Origin: Clostridiales bacterium
GTDB lineage: Bacteria > Bacillota > Clostridia > Lachnospirales > Lachnospiraceae
Assembly (NCBI GenBank): GCA_029098165.1
Contig: JAQXNU010000206.1
Location: 1,567-65,566 of the forward strand
Direction of reading: 5' to 3'
Length of the DNA: 64,000 nucleotides
The notes under the pieces were generated by a model. That model was not told the origin of the DNA. It searched no databases and saw only the letters and a program-made list of their open reading frames with translations. Position 1 is the stretch's first letter. Every line of letters starts with the position of its first letter. This document shows positions 1 to 12,927 of the stretch, one piece after another. The position numbers were made by a program, and so were the translations under genes.

Positions 1-47
1 AGTTTATATATGGATATTAATAGTAAATGCAAGAGAGGCGTAAACAG

Positions 48-1160
48 ATGAAAACACTGGGAAATAAGCTAGTAAAGGTACTGAAAAGTGTACTTATTGC
101 AATTTGTGCCATAATTGTGTTGGCAGAACTTATATTTTTTATTATGAGAGCGATAAAGTCACAGCAGGCAAAGATAACGACGGAAAATGGAATCGAAAAA
201 ATCGAATATTTAGAATTAGGTGGAATCAAGCAACGGATTATGATTCGAGGAGAGGATCAGAAGAATCCAGTAATTTTATTCTTACATGGTGGCCCTGGAA
301 ATCCAATCCTTTCTTATGCATCTTATATGCAAAAGGGCTTAGAAGATGACTATACTTTTGTTCATTGGGAACAAAGAGGTTGTGGTGATACATATTATAA
401 GAATATCTATGCGGATGTTACGGAAGAACTCCTAATGACTGATCTAGATGAACTGGTGGATATATTAAGAGAAAGATTTCAAAAGAATAAGATCATTATT
501 ATGGGACACTCTTGGGGAACGGTATTAGGAACACAATATTGTAAAGAACATCCCGAGAAAGTACTTGCATACATAGGAACCGGACAGGTTATTGATTTTA
601 CAAAAGGGACCATACTAGCATCCAATCAGGCAATCGATCAGGCGTTACAGGCTGGAAATGATGAGGATGTTAATAAGCTGAAACAGTATCTAGAGGAATA
701 TCAAAATCATAGTGATTACGAAAATATTGATTGGAATAACTTTGATCATCTTAAAGAATTACAATCAAAATACTTATCTTCTCAGAATCGCATGAGTTTT
801 ACAGAGCAGATGTATCTTTTCTTAATGGATAAAGCTACGAATTTTAATGAAGCAAGATGGGCAATCATGAAGCGGGATAAATTTGCAAAAATAGAGAAAA
901 ATCTTGAAAAATACTTATTTAATATTTTTCATGTGGACGAATTAGGATATGAGTATACGGTTCCATTCTACTTAATCGAGGGAGATACGGACTGGGTAAG
1001 CCCTTATCCATTGGTACAGGAATTCTATAAAAAGGTTCAAGCTCCAGAAAAGCAGCTATATATGGTCAAGGATTCTGGTCACTCCTTATTTATGGAACAG
1101 CAGGAGCAGTTTCAAACTGTGATGGAAGAAATCAAGGATAAACTATCAGTAATAGAGTAG
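48..1160 (+). CDS. Alpha/beta hydrolase, proline iminopeptidase (S33)-like, N-terminal membrane anchor
   Basis: HGGPG oxyanion motif, GHSWG nucleophile elbow, C-terminal SGH. ATG at 48 follows GAGAGG (ORF track starts at 27). Confidence 0.8.
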   Translation: MKTLGNKLVKVLKSVLIAICAIIVLAELIFFIMRAIKSQQAKITTENGIEKIEYLELGGIKQRIMIRGEDQKNPVILFLHGGPGNPILSYASYMQKGLEDDYTFVHWEQRGCGDTYYKNIYADVTEELLMTDLDELVDILRERFQKNKIIIMGHSWGTVLGTQYCKEHPEKVLAYIGTGQVIDFTKGTILASNQAIDQALQAGNDEDVNKLKQYLEEYQNHSDYENIDWNNFDHLKELQSKYLSSQNRMSFTEQMYLFLMDKATNFNEARWAIMKRDKFAKIEKNLEKYLFNIFHVDELGYEYTVPFYLIEGDTDWVSPYPLVQEFYKKVQAPEKQLYMVKDSGHSLFMEQQEQFQTVMEEIKDKLSVIE

Positions 1161-1184
1161 GAGCTGAATGTAATATTTTGCTAG

Positions 1185-4259
<3,075 letters not shown>

Positions 4260-4279
4260 AAAGTTAAGTAAAGTTGTAT

Positions 4280-4350
4280 TGTAAAGAAATTTGCTTGACA
4301 TCAACTAATACATCGCATATAATTACCAATGTAAAGAAAATTACTTTACA
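4280..4350. promoter_or_regulatory. Pair of 21-bp palindromic operators, TGTAAAG-N7-CTT(G/T)ACA
   Basis: 4280-4300 TGTAAAGAAATTTGCTTGACA overlaps the -35 box; 4330-4350 TGTAAAGAAAATTACTTTACA lies downstream of the -10 box. Confidence 0.7.
4295..4323 (+). promoter_or_regulatory. Sigma-A promoter of the ylxM-ffh operon
   Basis: Perfect TTGACA (4295-4300), 17-bp spacer, TATAAT (4318-4323). Confidence 0.9.
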
Positions 4351-4362
4351 GGTGGTGAGCTT

Positions 4363-4740
4363 ATGGAAGCAATAGATAGAAAAACAACGGATAAACTACA
4401 GGAAGTCATGGAGTTATCTCGGTTGTATGATTTTTATGGTGAGTTATTAGGAGAGCATAAAAAACAGATTTTTGAAGATTATGTACTAAATGATTTATCA
4501 TTGAGTGAGATTGCAGATGAAACCGGTCTTAGTAGGCAGGGTGTTCATGACATAGTGAAACGTTGCTCCAAGAAGCTTAGAGAGTATGAAGAAAAACTTT
4601 GTTTGGTGAAAAAGTTTGATTTCACAAAGCAGAGAGTGAATCAGATTAAGTCGATTTCAGAAGATATCCGTAGGACAAACGATATCAGCAGAATTCTTGA
4701 ATTGGAACAGTTATCTGAGGATATTCTGAATGAATTATAA
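4363..4740 (+). CDS. ylxM: YlxM/p13 family HTH protein (SRP-associated)
   Basis: LYDFYGELL...DLSLSEIA...SRQGVHDIVKR motif; directly upstream of ffh. Confidence 0.9.
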   Translation: MEAIDRKTTDKLQEVMELSRLYDFYGELLGEHKKQIFEDYVLNDLSLSEIADETGLSRQGVHDIVKRCSKKLREYEEKLCLVKKFDFTKQRVNQIKSISEDIRRTNDISRILELEQLSEDILNEL

Positions 4741-4755
4741 TATTAGGAGGTTCTT

Positions 4756-6111
4756 ATGGCATTTGAAAGCTTATCAGAGAAACTGCAAAATGTATTTAAA
4801 AACCTTCGTGGTAAAGGTAAATTATCCGAAAGTGATGTAAAGTCTGCATTAAAGGAAGTTAAGATGGCATTGTTAGAAGCCGATGTTAACTTTAAAGTCG
4901 TAAAAAACTTTGTTAATACAGTTACAGAAAGAGCCATTGGTCAGGACGTTATGCAAAGTTTAACTCCAGGTCAGATGGTAATTAAAATCGTAAATGAAGA
5001 GCTCGTTCGATTAATGGGGGATGAGACAACTGAGATTACATTTAACCCAGGCGGCGAGATGACAGTTATCATGATGTGTGGTTTGCAGGGGGCTGGTAAA
5101 ACAACAACGATTGCAAAACTTGCAGGTCAGTTTAAATCCAAAGGTAAGCGTCCGTTGCTTGTAGCATGTGATATTTATCGTCCGGCTGCGATTGATCAGT
5201 TACAGATCAACGGTGATAAGCAAGGGGTTCCTGTATTCTCTATGGGAACTAACCACAAGCCAGTAAACATTGCAAAAGCTGCTATGGAGCACGCAGTAAA
5301 GAATAACAACAATGTTGTGATCATCGATACTGCAGGTCGTCTTCATATTGATGAAGCAATGATGGATGAGCTTGTTGAGATTAAAGAGAATATTAAAGTG
5401 GATCATATCATCTTAACCGTAGATGCAATGACTGGTCAGGATGCTGTAAATGTTGCAGAAACATTTAATAATAAGATTGGTATTACTGGTGTTATCTTAA
5501 CTAAATTAGATGGTGATACTCGTGGTGGTGCAGCTTTATCCATCCGTGCGGTTACAGGAAAACCAATCCTATACATTGGTATGGGGGAAAAGTTATCTGA
5601 TTTAGAGCAATTCTATCCAGATCGTATGGCATCTCGAATTCTTGGTATGGGTGATGTTCTTACTTTAATCGATAAGGTTCAGGCTGAAATCGATGAAGAC
5701 AAAGCAAAAGAACTGGAACGTAAGATTAAGAAAGCGGAATTTGACTTCGATGATTATCTTGAGCAGATGCAACAGATGAAAAAAATGGGCGGTATGCAAA
5801 AAATCATGGATATGTTGCCAGGTGGCCTTGGTGGCAAAGCTAACTTAAAAGACGTGGATTGGGCAGAAGGTGAAAAAGCTATCGCTCAGATGGAAGCAAT
5901 CATCCATTCTATGACAAAAGAAGAACGTAGAAATCCAGATATCTTGAGCCCATCTCGAAAGAAACGTATTGCAAATGGTGCTGGTGTTGATATTTCTGAG
6001 GTTAATCGAGTAGTAAAACAGTTTGGTGAATCTCGTAAGATGATGAAGCAGTTCTCTGGTATGATGGGTGGAAAGAGCAAGAGAAGATTTAAGCTTCCAT
6101 TCGGATTATAA
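4756..6111 (+). CDS. ffh: Signal recognition particle protein Ffh
   Basis: GLQGAGKTT, DTAGR, TKLDGD GTPase motifs; Met-rich M domain; SRKKRIA.GAG. Confidence 0.98.
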   Translation: MAFESLSEKLQNVFKNLRGKGKLSESDVKSALKEVKMALLEADVNFKVVKNFVNTVTERAIGQDVMQSLTPGQMVIKIVNEELVRLMGDETTEITFNPGGEMTVIMMCGLQGAGKTTTIAKLAGQFKSKGKRPLLVACDIYRPAAIDQLQINGDKQGVPVFSMGTNHKPVNIAKAAMEHAVKNNNNVVIIDTAGRLHIDEAMMDELVEIKENIKVDHIILTVDAMTGQDAVNVAETFNNKIGITGVILTKLDGDTRGGAALSIRAVTGKPILYIGMGEKLSDLEQFYPDRMASRILGMGDVLTLIDKVQAEIDEDKAKELERKIKKAEFDFDDYLEQMQQMKKMGGMQKIMDMLPGGLGGKANLKDVDWAEGEKAIAQMEAIIHSMTKEERRNPDILSPSRKKRIANGAGVDISEVNRVVKQFGESRKMMKQFSGMMGGKSKRRFKLPFGL

Positions 6112-6217
6112 GAGCAACTATCAACCAGGTTTGTCTTGTTATGCTTTTAGCATGCAATTCAATATATAAAAGTCAAAGAATTATTTGATGGAAAATTTTA
6201 AGGAGGTGAAAGATACA

Positions 6218-6460
6218 ATGGCAGTAAAAATTAGATTAAAGAGAATGGGTCAGAAAAAGGCTCCTTTCTATAGAGTAATTGTTGCTGATGCTAGAGCACC
6301 TAGAGATGGTAGATTCATCGCTGAGATTGGTACTTACGATCCAACTCAGGAGCCAAGTGCTTTCTCCGTAGACGAAGAAGCAGCTAAAAAATGGTTAGCA
6401 AACGGTGCACAGCCTACTGAAACAATCGCTAGATTATTCAAAAAGGCCGGTATCAAATAG
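6218..6460 (+). CDS. rpsP: 30S ribosomal protein S16
   Basis: [24 protein letters not shown]; AGGAGGT RBS before ATG 6218. Confidence 0.98.
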   Translation: MAVKIRLKRMGQKKAPFYRVIVADARAPRDGRFIAEIGTYDPTQEPSAFSVDEEAAKKWLANGAQPTETIARLFKKAGIK

Positions 6461-6475
6461 TCGGAGGTGAGAGTA

Positions 6476-6706
6476 ATGAAGGAATTAGTTCAAGTAATTG
6501 CTATGTCACTCGTTGATCATCCGGAAGAAGTAGTTGTAACAGAAACTGAAACAGAAAGATCTATCGTTGTTGAACTGAAAGTTGCGCCGGAAGATATGGG
6601 TAAAGTAATTGGCAAGCAGGGTCGTATCGCGAAGTCTATTCGTACCGTAGTGAAAGCTGCCGCAACAAAGGATGACAAGAAAGTTGTAGTAGAGATACTG
6701 CAGTAG
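6476..6706 (+). CDS. khpA: KH-domain RNA-binding protein KhpA (UPF0109)
   Basis: DMGKVIGKQGRIAKSIR KH motif; conserved position after rpsP; GGAGGT RBS. Confidence 0.93.
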   Translation: MKELVQVIAMSLVDHPEEVVVTETETERSIVVELKVAPEDMGKVIGKQGRIAKSIRTVVKAAATKDDKKVVVEILQ

Positions 6707-6832
6707 ATGATAATGTTGTAGCTATTTATGTTACTAACACGGGCGCAGCAAACTATGATGATTTGTGTGAAGAAACTTGTTTTGGTGGTTTCTTCCATTG
6801 ATATAATCGGATGGTTTGTTGTGCTCTTTTTC

Positions 6833-6841
6833 TGTTATAAT
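6833..6841 (+). promoter_or_regulatory. Extended -10 promoter upstream of rimM
   Basis: TGtTATAAT; no good -35 box. Confidence 0.45.
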
Positions 6842-6893
6842 AGAGGTGAAAAGAGATTAATGATTTTAAGGGAAACTATACAGCCATAGAGTG

Positions 6894-7294
6894 TAGGTAA
6901 TTGCGAAGAAATATAAACGTGGTTGGCTAGGTAGAGATACAAATTTCGTAGCTAAAAAATATCTAAATTTGGGCACAGAAGTGGATTTTAAAATGAGCAT
7001 GCCCAAATATAGATGAAACAGGCTTCTTAGAGGCGTGAAATATTGCATTTTGGGTATATTTATTGATAATAAAAGATTGGTGCCCACTCCTTTATGGTAT
7101 TGGTGGGCAAAAGAAGGTGTATGAATGCTATGATGCCCAAAACAACGATGAAAACGGGAATTTGAGTGGCAATTTGGGTATCATGGCGATGTTTTAGTAT
7201 GATTTGCCCTAAGCAAGAAAACAAGATGGTCAAAGCAACATGAAACTGAAGTTTTTCAGTTGCAAAATAATTTGTATTACTTCGCAAATGCCTA
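6894..7294. repeat. About 400-bp element bounded by imperfect 24-bp inverted repeats with internal TGCCCA/TGGG(C/T)A hairpins (MITE-like or structured leader RNA)
   Basis: 6894-6917 vs reverse complement of 7271-7294 match 20/24. Internal inverted repeats at 6962-6975/7000-7013, 7081-7087/7103-7109 and 7130-7141/7173-7184. Confidence 0.6.
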
Positions 7295-7345
7295 AAAGAT
7301 GTCGAATGAGGCATAAATAAAAGAAAACGTGAAAGGTGAATTACA

Positions 7346-7858
7346 ATGGAAGATTTATTAAGAGTAGGCGTTATATCGTCAACACATGGCATCCGTGGAG
7401 AAGTAAAAGTATTTCCGACTACGGATGATGTGAACCGATTCAAAAAGTTAAAGAAAGTTCTATTAGATACTGGAAAAGAAAAGCTTGCATTAGAAGTTGA
7501 GAATGTGAAGTTCTTTAAGCAGTTTGCAATTCTCAAGTTCAAGGGAATTGATAATATAAATGATATTGAAAAGTATAAAGGAAAAGATTTGCTTGTTACT
7601 CGTGATCAGGCAGTTCCATTAGAAAAGGATGAGTTCTTTATCTGTGATTTGATCGATTGTGTAGGTTATACAGAGAATGGAACAGAAGTTGGCAAGTTAA
7701 CAGAAGTAATGCAGACTGGTGCGAACGATGTATTCGTATTCAAGAGAGCAAATGGCAAAGAAGTACTTGTGCCTTATATTGACCAGTGTGTGACAGCAGT
7801 TGATATTGAAAAAAAGAAAATTGAACTTCATTTACTTGATGGAATGATGACTGATTAA
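7346..7858 (+). CDS. rimM: Ribosome maturation factor RimM
   Basis: [39 protein letters not shown] motifs; operon context. Confidence 0.96.
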   Translation: MEDLLRVGVISSTHGIRGEVKVFPTTDDVNRFKKLKKVLLDTGKEKLALEVENVKFFKQFAILKFKGIDNINDIEKYKGKDLLVTRDQAVPLEKDEFFICDLIDCVGYTENGTEVGKLTEVMQTGANDVFVFKRANGKEVLVPYIDQCVTAVDIEKKKIELHLLDGMMTD

Positions 7859-7915
7859 TCAGATTTCGTCAATAACGAGACTGATAAACTTTGATAAAAG
7901 TAGTGGAGGAAAAGA

Positions 7916-8671
7916 ATGAATTTTCATGTAATGACATTGTTTCCTGAGATGATAAATCAGGCAATGAACACGAGTATAATTGGACGTGCAATCGATAAGG
8001 GGCTTTTAACCATTAATGCTGTCGATATTCGTGATTATACGAAAGATAAACATCGTCGCGTTGACGATTATCCATATGGTGGTGGAGCTGGAATGGTCAT
8101 GGCTGCAGAGCCAGTTTACCTGACTCATGAAGCTGTTGTAAATTCCATTAAGGAGCGCACTGGCAATGATCAGATTAAACCTCGTGTTGTCTATTTGACA
8201 CCTCAGGGAAATACCTTTAACCAGACGATGGCTGAAGAATTTGCAAAAGAAGAAGAATTGATCTTCCTTTGCGGTCATTATGAAGGAATCGATGAAAGAG
8301 TACTGGAGACAGTAGTCACAGATTACGTGTCGATAGGTGATTATGTTTTAACTGGTGGTGAATTGCCAGTATGTGTCATGATCGATTGTATCTCAAGATT
8401 GATTCCAGGCGTATTAAATAATGATGTTTCTGCAGAGTTTGAAAGCTTTCAGGATAATCTGTTAGAGTATCCTCAATATACAAGACCAGAGACATTTATG
8501 GATAAAAAAGTACCGGAAGTATTGTTATCCGGTCATCACGCAAATATTGAAAAATGGAGAAGAGAGCAGTCGATTCTTCGTACAGCGAAAACACGTCCAG
8601 ACCTGCTTGCAAAGGCGGAGTTATCAGAAAAAGAAAAACGTTGGTTAAAAGAACAAGAGATATCAAAATAA
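7916..8671 (+). CDS. trmD: tRNA (guanine37-N1)-methyltransferase TrmD
   Basis: [53 protein letters not shown]. Confidence 0.98.
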   Translation: MNFHVMTLFPEMINQAMNTSIIGRAIDKGLLTINAVDIRDYTKDKHRRVDDYPYGGGAGMVMAAEPVYLTHEAVVNSIKERTGNDQIKPRVVYLTPQGNTFNQTMAEEFAKEEELIFLCGHYEGIDERVLETVVTDYVSIGDYVLTGGELPVCVMIDCISRLIPGVLNNDVSAEFESFQDNLLEYPQYTRPETFMDKKVPEVLLSGHHANIEKWRREQSILRTAKTRPDLLAKAELSEKEKRWLKEQEISK

Positions 8672-8677
8672 AATGAA

Positions 8678-8708
8678 AATAAGTCAGTTTGCTGACTTAT
8701 TTTTTTTT
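8678..8708 (+). terminator. Intrinsic terminator after trmD
   Basis: AATAAGTCAG-tttg-CTGACTTATT followed by a T tract. Confidence 0.85.
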
Positions 8709-9036
8709 GTCTTGTAAAACAAAAAGAAGAAATAAGGACATTTGACATATGAAAAAAATTGCTGATTTATTAACGGTATGTTACCATTAAGTTAGTTGAA
8801 TTTACATAAAATGGGAGGCAAGTGACTTTGGTTTAGGATTCACAACGACAGATTGATCCGAGAATTAAGTGACAGCAGTGATCTTGAAACGTGATAAAAT
8901 AATGATAAATTACAAGTTATGATACGTTAAGATACTATATCGGTATGGCACTCAATGCTGTGTACTCTACAAAACGTATTGCTTTATGGGAATATTTCTT
9001 ATATTGCAGATTCATTATTTTATTAGGAGGCTTTTT

Positions 9037-10770
9037 ATGGATAAAAAAAGTAAATGCTTCATTGTCTCCTTTCTGATTGTGATCATGCTGGTATCTATAG
9101 TTTCACCGATCAGTGCCCTGGCGAAAACGAAGCTTAGAGTAAATCATGAGAACAGTGTCTACAATTGTAGAACACTAGCTCTAAAACCGGAAATAAGTAA
9201 GAAGACATGTACGATATATAAGAATAAAAAGATAATATTATCCGTTTTAGGTGAACAAGAAAAAATTACTTGGTCAAGTTCAAATACGAAGATTGCGATA
9301 GTATCTAAGACAGGTGTAGTTAAAGGAAAAAGGGCAGGAAAATGCTATATCAAAGCTACAGCAGGCGATCATGTCTATCGATGTAAAGTAACTGTCAAAG
9401 CCCCAAGGATAAATAAAAAGTCGCTTGAAATCGAGGAGAATGAAACTTATAAGTTAAAGTTTCTTGGAGCGACTACAAAAGTTAAATGGAAAAGCTCCAA
9501 CCAGGCGGTAGTGACTGTTTCCAAGTATGGAACTATCACAGCACATAATATAGGAAAAGCTCGAGTAGTAGCGATTATGAATGGTGAGAGGTTTATTTGT
9601 GAGGTTTGTGTAGTGCAAAAAACAGCTTCCGATTCAGTATCGCCAACGCCTATCAAAGAAGCTACATTAACACCAACAGTAACAGAATCACCTGTTATGA
9701 TACCAACGATTGTAATTCCTCCGTCAGGAGATTCCTCAGTAGTGCCGGGACAGGTTACGGAACCAGATCCAGATCCTGTGACTCCAACAATAGAACCAAC
9801 ACCAACAAATGCACCGACAGCAACACCAACAGAAATACCAACAAATGTTCCATTATTCAATAATAGTGCCACCATTCTTTTAAAAGATTCGCTGACAAAA
9901 GAAGAGTATGAGTATCATGGAGATTATTACAATAGTACTTATGTTGAGAGCATAGAGGATTTAAGACCGATTATTAATAAAACAATTGCCTCAAGAAGTA
10001 CTTATAATTTCTGTGCTTTTGTTTATTCTAGACGTGGAACTCTAGATTATTATTCCAATCAACAGGCTGCTTTGACAAAAAATCTACTTCTATGTAACGA
10101 TGAATCAAAGTGGATGGATTGTTATTATGCTCGGGGGTCTTATCTCTTTCGAACGTTAGGATATGATTATCAGGAAATGTGTGGAGCAGGAATTGACATT
10201 ATTGTCTTTGATAAAGAATTTGATGAAGGAGATTATAGTATCTATAGTATTTATGGATATGCAGATACGACAGCAGCGGAATTTACACAAGTGCAAGCGA
10301 AGATTACAGGGATACTGCCAAGTATTAATCATGGAACAACGTATGATAAGGTTAAGAATGCGTTGGATTACCTCTGTGATCATATCAATTATCAAAATGG
10401 TGGCCGTAGGGCACAGTCTGCATATGGAGCACTGATCGACGGTGCTTGTGTCTGTGAAGGGTATGCTTCTGCATATAAACTTTTATTAGATGCGATGGGA
10501 ATTCCATGTGAAATCGTATCTACCAAGTCGCATGCTTGGAATATTGTTCAAGTAGATGGTCAATGGTACCATGTGGATGTAACACACTGTGATCAAAATC
10601 CAAGAGTTTACTACAAGTTTATGATCGGTAGAGATGTTCTCTATTCAAATTCGGATGTTACGTATGATGATGGTTATGTAATGGACTCTTTTACCATTAA
10701 AGACTATGGCTATATTGATGGCTCGAATCAGTGCCAGAGAGAATTGGCAGAGAGTTCTTACCGTCCGTAA
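9037..10770 (+). CDS. Secreted protein: Ig-like (Big_2) repeats, Pro/Thr linker, transglutaminase-like cysteine-protease domain
   Basis: Signal peptide ending SALA; two WxSSN..(I/V)A/VTVSK.G repeats; PT-rich linker; CEGYASAY / HAWNIV / DVT Cys-His-Asp triad. AGGAGG RBS before ATG 9037. Confidence 0.85.
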   Translation: MDKKSKCFIVSFLIVIMLVSIVSPISALAKTKLRVNHENSVYNCRTLALKPEISKKTCTIYKNKKIILSVLGEQEKITWSSSNTKIAIVSKTGVVKGKRAGKCYIKATAGDHVYRCKVTVKAPRINKKSLEIEENETYKLKFLGATTKVKWKSSNQAVVTVSKYGTITAHNIGKARVVAIMNGERFICEVCVVQKTASDSVSPTPIKEATLTPTVTESPVMIPTIVIPPSGDSSVVPGQVTEPDPDPVTPTIEPTPTNAPTATPTEIPTNVPLFNNSATILLKDSLTKEEYEYHGDYYNSTYVESIEDLRPIINKTIASRSTYNFCAFVYSRRGTLDYYSNQQAALTKNLLLCNDESKWMDCYYARGSYLFRTLGYDYQEMCGAGIDIIVFDKEFDEGDYSIYSIYGYADTTAAEFTQVQAKITGILPSINHGTTYDKVKNALDYLCDHINYQNGGRRAQSAYGALIDGACVCEGYASAYKLLLDAMGIPCEIVSTKSHAWNIVQVDGQWYHVDVTHCDQNPRVYYKFMIGRDVLYSNSDVTYDDGYVMDSFTIKDYGYIDGSNQCQRELAESSYRP

Positions 10771-10935
10771 AAAGAATTATGTAGAAGGGGTATGTCGCTT
10801 GTATATGATTGTAGTAAGAATACTGTCCTAATGGAAATTGTGATTTTAGTTTCCATTAGGACAGTTTTATTTTGGTATGAGTTAGAGTATTACACTCTAG
10901 GCGCGAGAAAGCATTCTTACCAATTTCGGGAAGCA

Positions 10936-11123
10936 TTGCGTGTAAAATATAGATATAATAAGATTTACAGGTATTTTGCTTGATTTTATAGCATCATTTA
11001 CGGGTAAATTCAAATAATCTATGGATTTTACAGGTGTCTCCGTTGATATTTGACTGATTTCGACTAGATTTTCAATACGATTTACATGTAAAAAAAATCG
11101 GATTCAAATTTTTACTGTATCGT
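10936..11123. repeat. Intergenic cluster of TTAC-NN-GTAA-like palindromes (locus 1)
   Basis: Copies at 10936 (TTGCGTGTAA), 10965 (TTACAGGTAT), 10998 (TTACGGGTAA), 11027 (TTACAGGTGT), 11082 (TTACATGTAA), 11112 (TTACTGTATC). Confidence 0.65.
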
Positions 11124-11395
11124 CATCTATATTCAGAAAAGTGTGACTATGCATTCATGTCTAAAGCCTGCGAGAAGAAACGAGAATTAACTTTGTTAGT
11201 GATTATTATGAGAATTATTGTGATGTCACTTGCTCTGCTGCATATTATATCTCATTTGAAATAGAATGATATCTATGAAATCAGGTGATACTAAGGAAAG
11301 AATATGCACAAAATTACATGGTAACCGGAATAAGCATGGTGGGATGATTTTCTGATTACATATCGTGACGGTGCAAAATAGTCAGGAGGTACCAT

Positions 11396-12694
11396 ATGAA
11401 TTCGATATGGACAAATACAATATCAAAACCTCATTTTGAAACTTTAAATAAGGATGGGAAAACGGAAGTATTAATTATTGGTGGTGGCATGGCAGGAATG
11501 CTGTGTGCATATCTTTTACATCAGTCAGGAACGCCATATGTGTTAGTAGAAGCTGATTCTATAGGAAGCGGCATAACAAAAAACACAACAGCTAAGATTA
11601 CAGCTCAACATGGTTTGATCTATGATCGATTAATTCGTAGTGTAGGAATTGAAAAGGCAAGAATGTATTTGGATGCAAATTTACATGCGATTGAACAATA
11701 TGAAAAGTTGTGTAAAGAGCTGGAGTGCGATTTTGAAAAGAAGTCTTCTTATGTATACTCCATAAAGGATAAAGACAAAATCGTAAAAGAAATACGGGCT
11801 TTGGATCGAATTAATTATAAAGCGGAATTTCGTACCCAGCTCCCTTTGCCATTCTCATTGGCAGGAGCAGTACAATTTGAGAATCAGGCGCAGTTCCATC
11901 CACTGATGTTTATCGCACAAATTGCAGAAGGACTTAATATTTATGAACATACAATGGTGAAAGAAATCGATGGACATAAGGTAATAACGAATCATGGTAC
12001 AATTACAGCAGATCAGATTATTGTAACGACTCATTTTCCAATATTCAATAAGAGGGGAAGCTACTTTCTTAAGATGTATCAACACCGTTCGTATGTGATT
12101 GCTCTAGAAAATGCTCCAAATGTTGATGGTATGTATGTAGATGAAGCTATGAATGGCATGTCATTTCGAAATTATCAAAATCTGTTATTTATCGGCGGTG
12201 GAGATCATAGAACGGGGAAAGAGGGTGGTAATTATGATGAACTTCGTTGTTTTGCTAAACGATATTATCCGCTTGCAAAAGAGAGATATTTCTGGGCTAC
12301 TCAGGATTGTATGACTCTGGACAGTATTCCTTATATCGGACAGTATTCCAAACATACACCGAATATTTTGGTTGCAACAGGATTTAATAAATGGGGTATG
12401 ACAAACTCTATGGTTTCAGCGATGATTTTAGTTGATATGGTTTTGAATCGGAAGAATGAATATGCTGATGTTTATTCTCCTTCAAGGAGCATGTTAAAGC
12501 CACAACTTTTTATCAATGGTTGGGAATCCATGAGAGGATTAATATCCTTTAAAAAGAGAAGATGTCCTCATCTTGGATGCGCCCTTCACTGGAATCGCGT
12601 CGAGCATACATGGGACTGCTCCTGTCATGGATCGCGTTTCACTAAGCAGGGAGAGCTTATCGACAATCCAGCCAAAAAAAATGCAAAAGTGTAA
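11396..12694 (+). CDS. FAD-dependent oxidoreductase with C-terminal Rieske [2Fe-2S] domain (YhfW/PuuB-like)
   Basis: IIGGGMAG Rossmann motif; ATGFNKWGMT; CPHLGC...CSCHGSRF Rieske motif. Confidence 0.9.
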   Translation: MNSIWTNTISKPHFETLNKDGKTEVLIIGGGMAGMLCAYLLHQSGTPYVLVEADSIGSGITKNTTAKITAQHGLIYDRLIRSVGIEKARMYLDANLHAIEQYEKLCKELECDFEKKSSYVYSIKDKDKIVKEIRALDRINYKAEFRTQLPLPFSLAGAVQFENQAQFHPLMFIAQIAEGLNIYEHTMVKEIDGHKVITNHGTITADQIIVTTHFPIFNKRGSYFLKMYQHRSYVIALENAPNVDGMYVDEAMNGMSFRNYQNLLFIGGGDHRTGKEGGNYDELRCFAKRYYPLAKERYFWATQDCMTLDSIPYIGQYSKHTPNILVATGFNKWGMTNSMVSAMILVDMVLNRKNEYADVYSPSRSMLKPQLFINGWESMRGLISFKKRRCPHLGCALHWNRVEHTWDCSCHGSRFTKQGELIDNPAKKNAKV

Positions 12695-12759
12695 GGATAG
12701 AGACTAATATTATTGGAAAAGGCATAATATCCTTTGCATAGGAAAATGTATTAAGGGGA

Positions 12760-12814
12760 TTGACAGATGACAAAATAGGTGATATACTACCCCTAAAAAG
12801 GTAAGATATTACCT
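12760..12814 (+). promoter_or_regulatory. Sigma-A promoter plus palindromic operator of the MarR operon
   Basis: TTGACA (12760), 17 bp, TG-n-TATACT (12783). Operator AGGTAA-gata-TTACCT at 12799-12814; degenerate copy at 12777-12792 overlaps the -10 box. Confidence 0.75.
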
Positions 12815-12927
12815 AAAAGGATTTTTTACATAATATAAAATATAGCCTGCAAGATAATCAGAATATGATAATGCTTGTATAGCAAAGCATGAGGAGATAC
12901 AAAGACAACGATAGAAGGAGTGAAAGA

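Noticed and set aside
6517-7542. Minus-strand ORFs 6517-6798, 6866-7087 and 7060-7542
   Set aside because: Antisense to khpA/rimM or spanning the repeat element; no RBS or family motifs. Most other short antisense or overlapping ORFs in the track were dismissed as shadow ORFs for the same reason.
10792-10983. 63-aa ORF overlapping repeat locus 1
   Set aside because: No RBS and no protein motifs.
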